Assembly (NCBI GenBank): GCA_964016885.1
Contig: OZ024743.1
Coordinates: 277,512,001-277,576,000 of the forward strand
DNA length: 64,000 nucleotides
Source: Eledone cirrhosa
Lineage: Eukaryota
Direction: 5' to 3'
The notes under the pieces are model-generated. The model ran no database searches. It was not told the DNA's origin and saw only the letters and a program-made list of their open reading frames with translations. The first letter of the stretch is position 1; each line of letters begins with the position of its first letter. The translations under genes and the position numbers were made by a program. Positions 1 through 13,983 of the stretch are shown in pieces.

Positions 1-9
1 TATATATAG

Positions 10-478
10 TATGGTATGGTGTGCTGTGGTATGGTGTAGCATGGTGTGGTGCGGTGTGGTGTAGCCTGGTTTGGTGTGCTGTGGTGTGGTGTGTTGTGTT
101 GTGGTGTGGTATAGTATGTGTGGTGTGTTGTGGTGTGGTGTGTTGTGGTGTGGTGTAGCATGGTGTGGTGAGTTGTGGTCTGGTTTGGTGTAGTGTGGTG
201 TCGCATGGTGTGGTGTGGTGTAGCCTGGTTTGGTGTGGTGTGGTGTGTTGTGTTGTGGTATGGTATAGTATGTGTGGTGTGTTGTGGTGTGGTGTAGCAT
301 GGTGTGGTGTGGCCTGGTTTGGTGTAGTGTGGTGTCGCATGGTGTTGTGTGGTATAGTGTGGCCTGGTTTGGCATGCTGTGGTGTGGTGCGTTGTTTTTG
401 TGGTGTGGTATAGTATGTGTGGTGTGTTGTGGTGTGGTGTGGTGTAGTGTGGCCTCGTAGTGTGGTGTGGTGTAGTGG
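10..478. repeat. Degenerate (TGTGG)n pentanucleotide repeat
   Basis: Imperfect tandem GTGGT/TGTGG units read directly. Confidence 0.95.
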
Positions 479-743
479 AGATCCTTGCTAGATAATATGA
501 CATGGCTTAGCCTAATGCTGTTGTCTGATTTGATGAGGGGCGGTGTGGATCTGTGTAACCTGGAGAGGGAAGTCAGAGTAAATTGTCTTTGTCGCTTATG
601 TGGTGGACATAGTTTTGTATATATATGTGTCAGTGTGTATGTGCGTTTATGTGTATGTGTTTGTATGTTTTCGTGTGTTCCTACATGCCTATCTGTAACT
701 TTTGTATATATGCACGTATATGTGTGTGGGGGTCAACTGCTGC

Positions 744-744
744 T

Positions 745-812
<68 letters not shown>
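744..812. repeat. (GTA)n microsatellite
   Basis: Direct reading. Confidence 0.97.
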
Positions 813-813
<1 letters not shown>

Positions 814-1303
814 TTGGTGGTGGTAGTAGTATTTGTTGTTATTATTTTTGTTATTATTAGTATCAAGTCGCCTATTATTTATTTAATGGTTTCTCCGGTG
901 TCAGACTGTTGAGCATGATAGCGACAATAGGGTTACAATTATACCCAATTGGGTACATGGTGTGGTGTGACATAGTGACGAGTAGCTGGGACATATACTT
1001 ACAGACACACCATAAACATACACATAATGATTATAAATATACGTACTTACATACAAATGCATACACATAATAATTATATATATATACATATACAATATAT
1101 AAATACATACATGCATAATCATTTCATAGATACATACATACGCACATTTAAGCTAATAAGCTAATATATATTTCCGTGCTATCAAAAAGGCCATGAAAGC
1201 CCTTCCATCAGCTATATGAAACGATTAAAGAATTTCTAGGGTGAAACTCATCCAAGCCATTTGACATCTACCGCCTGGTTTAACACCACTATCTAGCCGT
1301 TAA

Positions 1304-1524
1304 CCCTTTAGCATTTAAACTGGCCATATCCGGCCAGAATTCTCTCACCTCTTTCTATTTAAAGTGGTTCTAACCAGCTGCTCATACTGACGTTAAGGTA
1401 TTGTTCTCAAAATAAATAATATCAAAATGTCGTACATTCAATATTATGTGAGATAATTATGTGAGGTAAAGCCTTTATTGTGAAAATACAATAGTATATA
1501 TAGAGTAATGTAAATCCTAAAGGG
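1304..1524. mobile_element. piggyBac-type MITE
   Basis: TTAA at 1300-1303 and 1525-1528; terminal inverted repeats CCCTTTAGCATTTA / TAAATCCTAAAGGG (1 mismatch). TTAA target duplication with CCC...GGG ends is the piggyBac signature. Confidence 0.8.
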
Positions 1525-2168
1525 TTAAATGCCTTTAGCGGAGCCCACACTGTTGCAAATATTCGGGATAGCTCATCTCTCTGTGAATAACTTCCTCAAT
1601 TTCTTCTACAAGGGTCATGAGTGTAGCCCTTCGAACTCCGACTAAGACCATAAGCTGTCGTAAAAAAACAACAACAACACACAAAAACGACACCAACAAC
1701 AAAAATCTACTTCACAGCTCAGCAGCTTTGCCGGCAGTTATGTTTCGCTACACTTAAAACGACTGCCCTGGATAGAAATCGCTTTTCTTGAAGACATCCA
1801 AACTTACTGAAAAGCTGTCATAGACGAAAGTGATAGATATGTAAACAAATCGCCGACTTCATCCCCACCATTCAACACTCATACATCTTTGTATAAAACC
1901 AATCCGACAGGGATGACTGTAAAATATATACAACATAATAAACAATTTGCAATCAGAGGATGAAGAGAATTTTAAAAAATTCTTGAAATTGTCTCTAGAC
2001 AACAAACGTTTATTTTCGCGAGAGTTAAGGAACAAAACAAAGCACTTCTAAGTTAAAAGATATCGAATATATTGCTAGGAATAAATATGAAAACACACCA
2101 CTCTAAAACAATATAGTCGCAGCACATGTAATAGACTTAGAAATATATTTTATTGTCTTTACTTTCTC

Positions 2169-2363
2169 AAGGGCGGTGTATTGGCAGTATCGGTAGAGAG
2201 ACGGACACCATGCTTTACGGTCTGAGTTCAAATCCCGCCGAGGTTAACTTTGCCTTTCATCCTTACGGGGTCGATAAAATAAAGTACCAGTAACGTTCTG
2301 GGGTCGATTTAATCGACCTTCCTCTCCTTCCAAATTACAGGCCTTGTGCCTATACTAGGAATC
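2169..2363 (+). mobile_element. tRNA-derived SINE (Nin/Deu-like central domain) with target-site duplication
   Basis: A-box-like TGGCAGTATCGG, B-box GAGTTCAAATCC, core TTTGCCTTTCATCCTTACGGGGTCGATAAAATAAAGTACCAG, tail GGCCTTGTGCC...GAATC; 17-bp flanking direct repeat ATTGTCTTT(A/T)CTTTCTC at 2152-2168 and 2364-2380. Confidence 0.9.
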
Positions 2364-2478
2364 ATTGTCTTTTCTTTCTCTGTGCTGATTCATTTAATTC
2401 ACCATTATAGTGGAAGTTGTTTTTCTGGCAGGTAAGATATCTTATGTTGAATGTAAACAGGATAAGATTATTTGGGGT

Positions 2479-2699
2479 AAAGGGCGGTGGATTGGCAGTA
2501 TTGGTAGGGCGTCGGACATCCTGTTTGCGGTAGAGGGTTATGGCTCTTTACGTCCTGAGTTCAAATCCCGCTGAGGTAGCTTTGCCTTTCATCTTTACGG
2601 GGTCGATAAAATAAAGCACCAGTAAGTACTGGGTTCGATTTAATCGACTTTACCCTCCCAAAATTGCTGGCCTTGTGCCTAAAGCAGAAATCATTATTT
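2479..2699 (+). mobile_element. tRNA-derived SINE, same family
   Basis: Same head and core; tail GGCCTTGTGCCTAAAGCAGAAATCATTATT. Confidence 0.9.
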
Positions 2700-2990
2700 T
2701 CATAATGTTTAGCAATGACAAGCCTTGTTTTGCCCAATGTATAAAGGAGAAAGAGGTCTAAAGAATGAAACGAGGGTTCCTCAAAACCCCCCAAAACAAC
2801 AACAAAAAACATATTAAATAAATAAATATATATATGGAACCATGGTTATGTAATCAATATACATAAAATATCGTTGTATTTTGAACTATGATCTTCTCAA
2901 CTTCCTCGGCATCGGAATAAGAGCGGTGGAGTTCAGTACCCACTCTTAACACCCAAATGCCAAATAGATTTTGTAAACAAATTATTCTAA

Positions 2991-3371
2991 GCAGCCGAAA
3001 TGGGATTTCTTCGATGGGTCTTTGGAGTAACGTTACTCGATACAGCGCGTAGCTCGGAGATCAGTGTTGCTCTAGGTAGAATCGCTACTTTTACGAATTG
3101 AGAAACCATACCTCCGATACTCCGGACATGTAGTTAGAATGTCCAAGTAAAAAAATCCGTAGAGAGATTTTACGGGCAAAACCAACCGACAGGTGGCCCA
3201 GGGGCTGACTCCGTGCAAGATAGTTGGATAACATCCATGTGCTCGGCAGGTCTCGCCTGGGGTTACAGCGAGATCAATTAGAGACGGTTGCTTCTGACAG
3301 GACCCGTTGGAAAGCGTGCTTGATGACTCTGCCCCACGACCCTCCCAGGAATAAGTGGGTGAAGAAGAAGT
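2991..3371 (+). mobile_element. RTE-like LINE 3' fragment with (GAA)n tail
   Basis: Homologous to 22500-22860 (GCCGAAATGGG...GGAGTAACGTTACTCGATA...CTCTGCCCCACGACC); ends GAAGAAGAAG. Confidence 0.75.
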
Positions 3372-3424
3372 ATTATTCTAAAAGTATATTTATATAGAGA
3401 GAAAACAGTGTCGAATTGACATCG

Positions 3425-3581
3425 TAATTAGGACATTGGATAGAATGCTTCGCGACATTCGTTCTGTCTATCTCATCACTGAATTCAAATCCCACCGAGG
3501 ACAAATTTGCCTTCCATTCTTTCGAGGTCGATAAATAAAATACCAGCACTGGATCGATTCTTCCGATATATCTTTCTAACT

Positions 3582-3643
<62 letters not shown>

Positions 3644-3790
3644 CACACACGCTCTCTCTCTTCTATTCTCTGGAAGAAATCGATAGCGCTCAGACGAGGA
3701 GAGGATGGATATAAATACTTAAGGGACGCCGTATATTAATAGGGCGCGCCCACGATTCCATCAGGAGTTAAGGGCCAACGTAAAATGAAT
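3425..3790 (+). mobile_element. Diverged SINE variant: core, (CT)n and an alternative tail
   Basis: TTCAAATCCCACCGAGG...GGTCGATAAATAAAATACCAG followed by (CT)n and CTCTGGAAGAAAT..., also seen at 30765-31100. Confidence 0.6.
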
Positions 3791-4283
3791 ATAGAGAGCA
3801 AGCTAGAAATATAAGAAGTATATATAGTTAAATACCTCAAGCTCTACCGTTCCTGCCACCTGTATTACTGTGTATAACTTATAAAAGATATAACAAAAAG
3901 CAATGTGGCCATTCCCACGCTCATCATCAATGTAATACTTGAGCCCTGTTCAGTTTCGTTTCTGTGTACACTAACAACTAACAATGAGATCCTCACTATA
4001 GAACTATTCTAAGGAAATAATGTTAATAACCTACTTAGTTAAGCGTTGAGCTTCTGTAGTCCTTTTACATAATAGTAATATATATATATATATATATATA
4101 TTTTATTCAGAATAATAATAAATGAAGACGGGGACGTACTGAAAAAAACAGTACAGTACCTTCGAAATATATATAATAAAACATATATTTTGTAGAGTGT
4201 TTTTAATCTATTGTAAAACTATATTCATTGAGTAATCAATGAACCTTATTAATCTTTGGTTATATATATATATATATAACCAA

Positions 4284-4352
<69 letters not shown>

Positions 4353-4489
4353 GGAGGTGATTTTTATTGTAGTACAATAAAGCAATGCAGATATCGGATA
4401 AGAAGCACTGTACAGTTTGTAGGACTGGAGTATACATAATATATAAGATCAAAAGATGGTTAAAAGAACTCTTTTAACCATATTTTGAT

Positions 4490-4556
<67 letters not shown>

Positions 4557-5011
4557 ATTTATATATATATATATATATGTTGTTCTATTTAGCTGCTAAT
4601 TTTAGTGGCGAGGTAGACAATGCGTCTGTTTACTTCCGCTTCTACTATGGGCTGGTTTATGCATAGGTCAAATTTTCGGCCCCATTCGATCCTGTGCTAG
4701 CTGGCAGATGGCAATATATTTTGCCGTTCCTGGGACTTTTTGTCCTAGGAAAGGAAAATGCTTTCTGATGATCTAAACTTTTCCATTGGAAGTTCCTAGG
4801 GATCTCCAATCTTTTGTGAAGTGAAACCGTCGATAAAAGCAATTGGAATAGGTAAATATTTAAATTATATTTTTTAATTTATTTAAAAAAATTGTTTGAA
4901 TCTTGCTTGCTCCGCTTATCTCAATTTTATATATATATATTTCTGGACTCATAGTCTAGAAATAGCCGTCGAAACGGCTTGAGCTCTGCCGTCGGGGTCT
5001 TGAACATTTTC

Positions 5012-5079
<68 letters not shown>

Positions 5080-5436
5080 CACAAATTTAAATTTTGAAGA
5101 CCAAAACAATGGTAAGATAACACAGGATAACACAAGAATCTTACCTTAGCATACTCACCATACTCATATCATACTTTTCACAACGCGCACGTTCGAAATG
5201 TTAACGTCATTTTATTTCATTTCACTTAAATGTGCAGCCATACAAACAAGTTTATCAAATCAATTTTAAGTCTCTTAAGGAGTTACTCCCTTGATAATGG
5301 GTTTTAAATTTGCTAAGATGAGATTCTTTTGTTATCTTGGCAATTTAACAATCTTCATAACGCATTGTTTTGGTCTTCAAAATTTAAATTTGTGTCTCCT
5401 AATAAACAATGCTTCAAGCAAGCTACAAAACTCTGT

Positions 5437-5476
<40 letters not shown>

Positions 5477-5740
5477 GAAAAAAGGAAAAGAATGACTTCA
5501 CGTGTAGTGCTAAATAATTTGATTTAATTTTATAATATTATGAGTTGGTAGATCTATTTATATATATATATTAGTTTTTTCGTTGTTTTAGTATTGTATG
5601 GTTGGGTTTTGTCAAGCTATCTAAACGTAATGTTATTACTCTAAGGACCTACCCTTATTGAGTGCTTTGCTACTCATTCCTAATTGTAGGTCGACTTTGC
5701 TTGGCCGCAGCCAAAGCTTCGATTTTACTTAGCTTCCACT

Positions 5741-5793
<53 letters not shown>

Positions 5794-5955
5794 GTGAGTT
5801 GATAATATAACTATATAAAAGCAAACAACTTTTTTAGAGCTCAATGAGATTTATTTTTTAGGAGTTTATTCTAACTGAAATGAAATATTCTTGTTAAACG
5901 AAATGGTCGTAAATCAATTAAATGCTCTAGTTTAAATCCTACGTAATCTTTGTTC

Positions 5956-6077
<122 letters not shown>

Positions 6078-6253
6078 TAAGAGAGAGATGAGTGGCGTAT
6101 TTCTGTCAGGGACACTGCTCAGCGCCAGACAACAGCAGATTTTTGTCGCTGGCCTGTTGTTAGTTTGACTACACATTAATGGGCGACCCAGATGCAGCTT
6201 TCGCATGCAGCGATATAAAAAAGAAACGGTAGTAAAGTGACTTCTCTCCCCAC

Positions 6254-6356
<103 letters not shown>

Positions 6357-6522
6357 GGGAGAGAGAGAGACAGGGTGAGTGAAAGAGTGATAAAAAGAGG
6401 GACAGAGTGAATGAGAGAGAACTATAGGGGAGAGGGATAGAGAGATATGAGTGAGAGAATACATAGCAGAGATGTGAGGAAAGAGATTGTACAAGAGAGT
6501 CATAAAAATTACAACGAGAAAG

Positions 6523-6603
<81 letters not shown>

Positions 6604-6689
6604 CGGGGAGATGTGGGAGAGAGAGAGAGAGAGAGAGAGAAACATTGAGTCATGAAAGAAAACTAGAAAGAAAAAGCAATAAAATATAG

Positions 6690-6846
6690 AATGGTTTCTA
6701 ATTTAGGCACAAGGTCAACAATTTGTTATGTGTGTGTGTGTGTGTGTGTGGTGATACGTCGATTACATCGGCCCCAATGTTTAACTGGTACTTTATATCA
6801 TCGATCCCTGAAGGATGAAAGGCAAAGTTGACTTTGGTGTGATTTG
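6690..6846 (-). mobile_element. SINE 3' two-thirds
   Basis: Reverse complement of core (GAAGGATGAAAGGCAAAGTTGAC) and tail (TGGTTTCTAATTTAGGCACAAGG). Confidence 0.8.
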
Positions 6847-6861
6847 GTATTGGTCTCGCTG

Positions 6862-6985
6862 TCTGTATTTTATATATAGTTTATTGTTATTTATTAATAT
6901 TAAAGTTATATGATTTTTATGTAAAACCCCCTCCATCACCTCTTGTAATATCCCATTTCTTGTACGCCCTTTTGGCAAATAGTGA
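6862..6985 (+). mobile_element. Tx1-like element, 3'UTR-only fragment
   Basis: TTTTATGTAAAACCCC...TCTTGTAATATCCCATTTCTTGTACGCCCTTTTGGCAAATA closely matches 13905-13980; followed by (TATC)n. Confidence 0.8.
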
Positions 6986-7060
<75 letters not shown>

Positions 7061-7090
7061 ATATCTATCTATCTATCTATTAAATCTAGC
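6986..7090. repeat. (TATC)n tetranucleotide array between Tx1 copies
   Basis: Direct reading. Confidence 0.97.
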
Positions 7091-7323
7091 TGTCGTCTGT
7101 TCTACAGTGTGGATGTAATTCACTTCGCGCAGAAGTTTTGTTCAAATTTATTGCGGAAATTTTGTAAGTCCAAATTTAATTTTGATACTATTGTGTAGCT
7201 TGACCCCCCCCCCCCCCGTCTGAACTGTCAGGCGGTGGGTCAGCTCATCTTTACCCCTCCTAGAGGTGAAAAACCTGTTTTTAAAAATTTTGTGGCAAAA
7301 AAAATTTCAATCGTCTGACAGAA

Positions 7324-9231
7324 ATGTTAAACGAAGCGAACGAAAATAGTGGTGGGGGGGACAGCGGTAAGAGTTGTAAGCTCGCACGCTTTAGTCCCCA
7401 CTTCCTTCACAACTAACGTCATAGAGAAGGAAGGAAAACATAAAATAAAAACAGACGAATCTGTGGAGAAAAATGACGAAAACACAAATCTGGACATGGA
7501 TTCCAACAACGAAAAAAAAAATTTGAAAAATTGCATGACAATAATAATACCACAAACAAAGACACACACAACAAACACAAAAATAACATTTGAAAACAAC
7601 ATCATAACAGAAAGCAAAGCAGACGACAAAGTCAACAAGATTTCATTTGCACAAACAACAAAGAAATCTTTGACATATATACCTGAAAATATTTCAGATG
7701 TAGCACGAAGAATCACAGACGCCAAACAATACATAAGTGAAGGAGAGAATGGTATTTTATCGGTAAAAATGCCTCAAGAACTCACCAAAGACATTGAAAG
7801 TCGAACGGTCGTGTTCCGCACCATCTACAACACTTCAAAAAAACCTGAACAGCCAACTCAAGCAGATATCAAAACAGTACTCACAGAAGTACTTAATGAA
7901 ACCACTTTCATAAGAAAAGACAGACTGTATGGAAGCCTAGCAATTATTATGAAGAACGAATCGGCGGCAAAAAAATGTGCTTTGTCACCGATTCGCTCGA
8001 AAAATTTTACCTTTTATCCATCTTATATGGGTAAAAAACTCAACGCATATGGCTGGATGCAATGATGCCAGATGTTGACTACTGCTGGCTCATAGCTGGC
8101 TTCATCGATCCAGTGAATGACAACGTGATTTCCATTGGGAAAACCACAGGCAATGCGTTCAGTGGAACAGGTATAGAGCTGGTAGTGCAAATGAAGCCTG
8201 AACACATCACCCAAATACCCGACAGAATCCTATTAGAGGGCCACGGGTATATAAACATTAGCGTGGAGGGGAGAAGGCCGTCCTGTCATATCTGTGCAGG
8301 CAGAGGGCACCTGAAGGCCGCTTGTCCCCAACTCAACAAAAAGAAAACCCTGCTACCAACACCAGCTCCACCACCACCACCACAACAGATAAACAAACAA
8401 CAAAACTCAGTCCCACCCAACCCGTCCCTCAGTAAAACTACACCACCACCACAACACAAACAGTCACAACACATTGCCCCAAAACAAAATACAGGCCCAC
8501 CCAACCCCTCACTCAATAAAACAACACAACCACCGCAGACACAACACACAACACAGTCTAACATAGTGACATCCATCTCCCCCACAAAGAAAACCAACAC
8601 GGAAACATTACCAGCAAACATACCTCTTCCCTCCAACACTGAAGATAACCCAACGAATTCGGAGGAAGAAACGGAGTCCTTCAGACAGATTAAAAGGAAA
8701 AAAAGAAAACATGTGCAAAACACACAAGGCCAAACAACCCCCACCCAAATGTCAACACAATCCAACAAAACAGAAAACGCCCCTCCAGCAACAAACAAAA
8801 CCAAACCTGCCCCCCCCCTCTTCGAAACACTCACACCATCCGAAAAAAAAACATTACACTATACTTACATCAACAGAAACAATAATAAATTAAATGAACT
8901 CATATACAATAATCCTTCGGTACAAACCGAAGGTGTAAACTTTGTTTCTTCAGAAAACTACCCACATTTAAAATTAATAAAGATCCCAATGAACCTCTAC
9001 CAAAAACTAAAAAAGGATTTTAAGGAGGACGTAGGACCACCCTCTGTCAAACCCATAAACCGCGTCCTACTAAAAAGCTTTCCCCCTCCCCTTCCCCTCC
9101 CCAACACAACTCCAAACACCCCAACCCCACTACACACTGACGACCCCACACCACCACAAGACACCCCTTCACCCAACACCCCCGACCCCATGGAAGTCGT
9201 GCGACCCGAACCCCGGGAAGCGGAAAGGTAG
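7324..9231 (+). pseudogene. Tx1 copy A ORF1 (gag-like nucleic-acid-binding protein), frameshifted
   Basis: ORF pieces 7349-8065 and 8062-9231; CHICAGRGHLKAAC zinc knuckle; Pro/Thr-rich tail; probable ATG at 7324 with an indel shortly after it. Confidence 0.8.
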
Positions 9232-9264
9232 GTCTCTACACTCTCCTTTGGCTCTGCCGCCCAC

Positions 9265-12200
9265 ATGGATGTGTTAAGAGTAGGATGTTTGAATGCACGT
9301 GGCCTGGGCTCAACTTGGAAGCAAGCAAAGCTTCTAAATGACCTCAGGTCATGTGGTATAAATGTAATGGTTATCTGTGAGACTCGGATCAGCGTCGTGC
9401 GACAGCTGGCCCCTACCTTCGATGACTTTGAGGTGCATGCATCTCTCTGTCAACCTGGAGGTGGGAGTGGGGTTGTCGTACTGCTGCAAAAACACCTGGG
9501 TCTTGCCGTACAGGTTGTGCACTCGGACTCGGAGGGTCGTTTGTTGGTACTAGACGTTGGCAGTAGTGAAGGTGCGGCCTTAAGACTGGTCGCCGTCTAC
9601 TCCCCTTTCGGAGCTGAACGGCCCGACTTCTTCCAGCGTTTGGAGACTTTTCTGGGAACGTCGCGTTCCCTGCTTCTAGCGGGGGATTGGAATGACATCC
9701 TAGATGCACGTTGGGACTATGCAGGAGCATGTCCTAATAGAGGGAGGTGTAACAGCCTCAAGGGGTTACTCGACCGTTTTAACTTGGTCGATAGATATCG
9801 ACTAGATTTTCCAACTGTGCCTACCTGGACTTGGAGAAACCACAGTGGTCAATCTAGATCGTATTTAGATAGATTCTTAGTTAGAAGTAAGGATAGGGAC
9901 ATATTAAGCTGTCCAGAAATGCGCACGGTTGGCTACACGGATCACAAATTAGTGACTTGCGTAGTCAATCTCGAGAAAACACATAAACAGGGTCCCGGTT
10001 ACTGGAAACTTAATTTGTCTTTACCGGCAAAAGAGACTTACAGAAACCGGATTAGCAGATTAGTTAAGGAGAGGTTGACGGGTGCAATCGTCAACAACCG
10101 ATGGTGGGCATCTCTCAAAAGAGAGATTAGAACAGAATCAATAAGTTATAGCAAGATGTTAGCTGCCGATAGGAAAAGAAACGAGAAAGAATTAACAGGT
10201 AAATTAGAAGAGGCAATCAAGAGCGAAGATGTGGCCAGAGTGCTGGCATTGAGGACGGCCTTGAACCAGTTTTTCGATGCAAAGCACGAAGGCTACGTCA
10301 TTCGAAGTAAAATACGTGCTCTAGGTAATGAGGGGGCCAAAGCCGTTGGCTGGGCCCGCGTGACAGAAGCTAAGAGTGGAAATCGATCCACCATCCGGTC
10401 GTTGCAAGGCGAAGATGGACGGGTGATCCGGGAGCCTAAGAAGATGTGCGAGGCCTTTCAAAGGCACTTTGCCCGATTGTTCGGGGGAGGCGAGGGTCCG
10501 GGCGGGAGCGTGGATTTCGGTCCATACCTCGACGGCCTGCCGCGTCTCTCGAGCGAAGAGGCAGAGTCCTGCGAGGGACCAATCTCGGCTGATGAGATCG
10601 GAGATGCGCTGAGCCAATGCAGCAGACGCAAATCTCCAGGTCTCGATGGTATACCTTACGAACTTTATTTAGCAATGCCGGTCTTCTTCTCCGAACTCCT
10701 CGAAGCGGTCTACTGCAATTGGCAGCAGAACGGGAGAATTCCTTGTTCTGTAGCCAAGGGCGTAGTCACGCTGGTGAGGAAGGACGAGAACAAGGGAGAT
10801 AGTATAAATAATTTTCGGCCCATAACCCTGCTAAACACAGAGTTAAAGATGTTGGCCAAGGTGTTAGCAAAGAGGTTGGCGCTTGTCGTGGGTGGCCTGG
10901 TGGGAGATGCGCAGACATGTGCTATCCCATCCAGGTCCATTCACGATAACCTCCACCTCATGCGATACATCATAGAGAGGGTTGGCAACAAACCCGACTT
11001 CGGTGGGGCCCTGATCAACTTGGATCAGTCTAAGGCCTTCGATAGGGTCGACCATGGTTACCTGGATGCGGTGCTAGCGGCGGCTGGGTTCGGTCCTGTT
11101 TTCAGAGGCTGGATCACTGCCTTACATAGCAACCACATCTGTTCTAGGATCAAGGTGAACGGCTACCTTTCGAAGCCGTTCGAAATCCCACGATCCATTC
11201 GACAGGGGTGCCCTCTCTCCTCCCTTCTGTACGTATTGACTCTCGAGCCTTTACTGAGCAAGTTGGAGTTGTTGCAGGGTATCCCCCTGGAACCAGGATA
11301 GAGCAAAGCGGTGTCGGCCTACGCCGATGACGTAACAGTAATGGTATCGACCGACTCGGAGATCGAGGCGATCGGTACCTTACTGGAGGATTACGAAAGG
11401 TTGTCAGGAGCGAAACTGAATCGGGCTGCAACTCGGAACGTGGAGAGGCAGACCGATGCCTCCCGACGGTGTCGTCGGACACTGGACGGAGGGCCCGGTA
11501 AAGTTGCTTGGGGGTCTGGTTTGGACCGGACCTCCAGGTGGAAAAGAACTGGAACGAGGTTACGAACAAGGTGTTTGCACTAACCCAGAAATGGGCCAAG
11601 TGTGAGCTGGCCCTAAAAGACCGGGCGGAGGTGGCGAACATTTACATAGCGGCCGTCACTTACTACCGCCTGACTGTCGTGCCTTGCCCTAAGGAAACAC
11701 TCACCACCATGGAACGCATGCTCTTCCAATTTCTTTGGAAGAAGCGCCCTCCTATGGTGAGAAGATCCATCTGCTGCCAACAACCTTCGAAAGGAGGGCT
11801 GGGGATGCCGTGGTTGATGATGCGTAGGCACGCATTAAGGCTACGGCACCTACAGGTATTCCTCACTTGTCAACCGGTGTGGGCTCCGTTCGTGAAACGA
11901 GCCTTTCCGAGACTCGTCTCGCTCACCGAGCTGCAGTCCTGGGTCAAGCAAAGATCCGGAAAACTGGGAGGCTGGCACACTGAGTGTGCTCAGGCGCTCA
12001 GGGCTCTCTGGCAAGCGGGCCAGGCCGTCGGTGGAGAATCCACCTCATCATTCTATAGAGGGCTGGTGGCTAGCAGGGGCGATGACACCCTTGGAGAGTC
12101 GCTGGACATGGAAGAGGACGAACTGGCCAGCCTGTTTTGTAGGACTTTCGGCCCGGGACCAATGGACAACTTCCAGAAGTCACTAGCCTGGCAGTGCTAC

Positions 12201-12690
12201 CGGGGGGCTCTACCCGTTCGAGAGAGGCTCTACAGACACGGGCGCCCGGGCAGGGATCCCTCAAAAAAGATTTGCCCTAGATGCGTGCGTCACGAAGAAA
12301 CCGTTGCGCACGCATTGGTGCAATGTCCGGGCGTGGCTGATCTGTGGGGCTACGCCGAACGACTACTGTCGTGGGTGGCGCCGATTCAATTGACCGCCGA
12401 GTCCGTGATGACAATCAAACCGCCTCCCCTCTTCACAAAGGAAGCAAAGGCGGTTTTTCTGTGCGTAATAGCCATGTTGAAAGCATGTTGTTTGTTGGAC
12501 ACGATTGAAAGGTCTGAGGTCAGGCAACTTCCTCTCTGGCCATAGTCTGGTCTACTTCTTCCGATATCACTTCGGAAGAAAGATAAGAATGGAGAGAGAG
12601 GTGCTTGGCCACAGGCAGTTTTATGAAAGGTGGGTGATAGTGGCGAGAATGGCTCGTGTAAATGGGCCTTCTCTGTATACCATCCTGTAG
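9265..12690 (+). pseudogene. Tx1 copy A ORF2 (APE endonuclease + reverse transcriptase), disrupted
   Basis: LNARGL, ETR, GDWN, YLDR, TDH (APE); KSPGLDG, FRPITLLN, DQSKAFDRVDH, RQGCPLS, YADD (RT); CPRC..ETVAHALVQC; in-frame stop at 11299-11301 and frameshifts near 11420-11500 and 12490. Confidence 0.93.
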
Positions 12691-12910
12691 GTAAAGAAGT
12701 AAAGGAGAGGGGAGCACCTTCTCCGTGTGCTCCCCGGGCAAAGGATTGCACACTTTTTCGGGGGGGGGGGGTGCAACCCCCATCACGTCCCCTCCCTTTT
12801 GAGGTTATTTTCGATTATTTTCATTTCATACCTTTTTTACTCGATTGTATGTAAACTCCCCCTTTGTATTTGTCCCTTCTTTTTATGCCTTTATGGTAAA
12901 TAAAGAAATA

Positions 12911-13025
12911 TATCTATCTATCTATATATATCCGTCTACCTACCTCCCAATCTACCTATCTAGCTGTCTGACCTGCCTATTTGTCCTGTCTACCTGTAAT
13001 CTACTTGTCTGCCCGTTGTCCCGTA

Positions 13026-13092
<67 letters not shown>

Positions 13093-13096
13093 TTAT

Positions 13097-13148
<52 letters not shown>
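12911..13148. repeat. (TATC)n / degenerate TATC-TGTC array
   Basis: Direct reading. Confidence 0.9.
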
Positions 13149-13287
13149 AAATTTTATTTTTTGTTATATTTTATTTTATTTTTATACATTGTTATTGCCT
13201 CCTCCTTATTGAGGACGCCTTTTTGTGTAAACTGCCCCCTTTGTACTTGTCCCACTTTTGATGCCCTGGTGGCAAATAAAAGAAACA
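13149..13287 (+). mobile_element. Tx1-like 3'UTR-only fragment
   Basis: TGTAAACTGCCCCCTTTGTACTTGTCCC...GCCCTGGTGGCAAATAAAAGAAAC matches the copy A 3' end; followed by TATC units. Confidence 0.8.
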
Positions 13288-13311
13288 TATCTATCTATTT
13301 ATTTATCTATC

Positions 13312-13983
13312 CTGCCAAAAGGACCTGTCCAAGATGCGAGCAGGACATCGAAACCGTTCTGCACGCAATTGTTCAGTGCCCAGGGGTGACTGTCCTGTGG
13401 AATTATGTCAAACAGCTACTGTCACGTGTGAGACGCATCCAATTGTCAGCCGAGTCCATCGTGAGGATCACCCCGCCGCCTTCAATTAATGAAGGAGCGG
13501 CGGTTTTCCTCTGTCTGGTGGCTATGGCGAAAGAGGTAATATGGTAGACGAGGTTAAAAGGACTGAGAGCAAACACCTTTCTCTCCGGACAACAACTCAT
13601 CCCCTTCTTTGAGTGCCACTTCAGAAGGAAGTTGAGAGTGGAGAGAGAGGTTCTACACCCCAGTAAATTCGCTGAAAGGTGGGTGAATGTGGCGAAAATG
13701 GCCTGAGTGAATGGGCCTTCTTTGTATATAAACCTGTAGGTTGAAGAGGATTAACAGAGGGAAGACAGGAACACCTACAAAACGTGTTCCTGGTGTTGAG
13801 GGTTGTTCTATCCATGGGGTGTAAAACAACGCCGCAGTAACGCCCCCTATTGGGGATTTCGATTGTTTTATTTTATATATAATTTATTGTTATTCATTAT
13901 TGTTAAAGATTTTATGTAAAAACCCCGCCGTCACGTCTTGTAATGTCCCATTTTTGTACGCCCCTGTGGCAAATAAAGAAATA
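13312..13983 (+). mobile_element. 5'-truncated Tx1-like copy (ORF2 C-terminus + 3'UTR)
   Basis: RTCPRCEQDIETVLHAIVQCP...LCLVAMAKEVIW homologous to ORF2 ends; ORF2 stop CCTGTAG ending 13739; tail GCAAATAAAGAAATATATCTGTC. Confidence 0.9.

Larger units (their letters stand above)
7091..12910 (+). mobile_element. Full-length Tx1/L1-clade non-LTR retrotransposon, copy A, flanked by (TATC)n
   Basis: 5'UTR, ORF1 with CCHC knuckle, ORF2 with APE endonuclease, RT and C-terminal Cys/His motif, 3'UTR with AATAAA at 12899; (TATC)n on both sides. Confidence 0.93.

Noticed and set aside
10-478. Telomere-like G-rich repeat
   Set aside because: Unit is degenerate TGTGG, not TTAGGG, and nothing indicates a chromosome end
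11299-11301. Programmed read-through at the TAG before YADD in copy A
   Set aside because: Copy C has a sense codon there and copy A carries other lesions, so simple decay is sufficient
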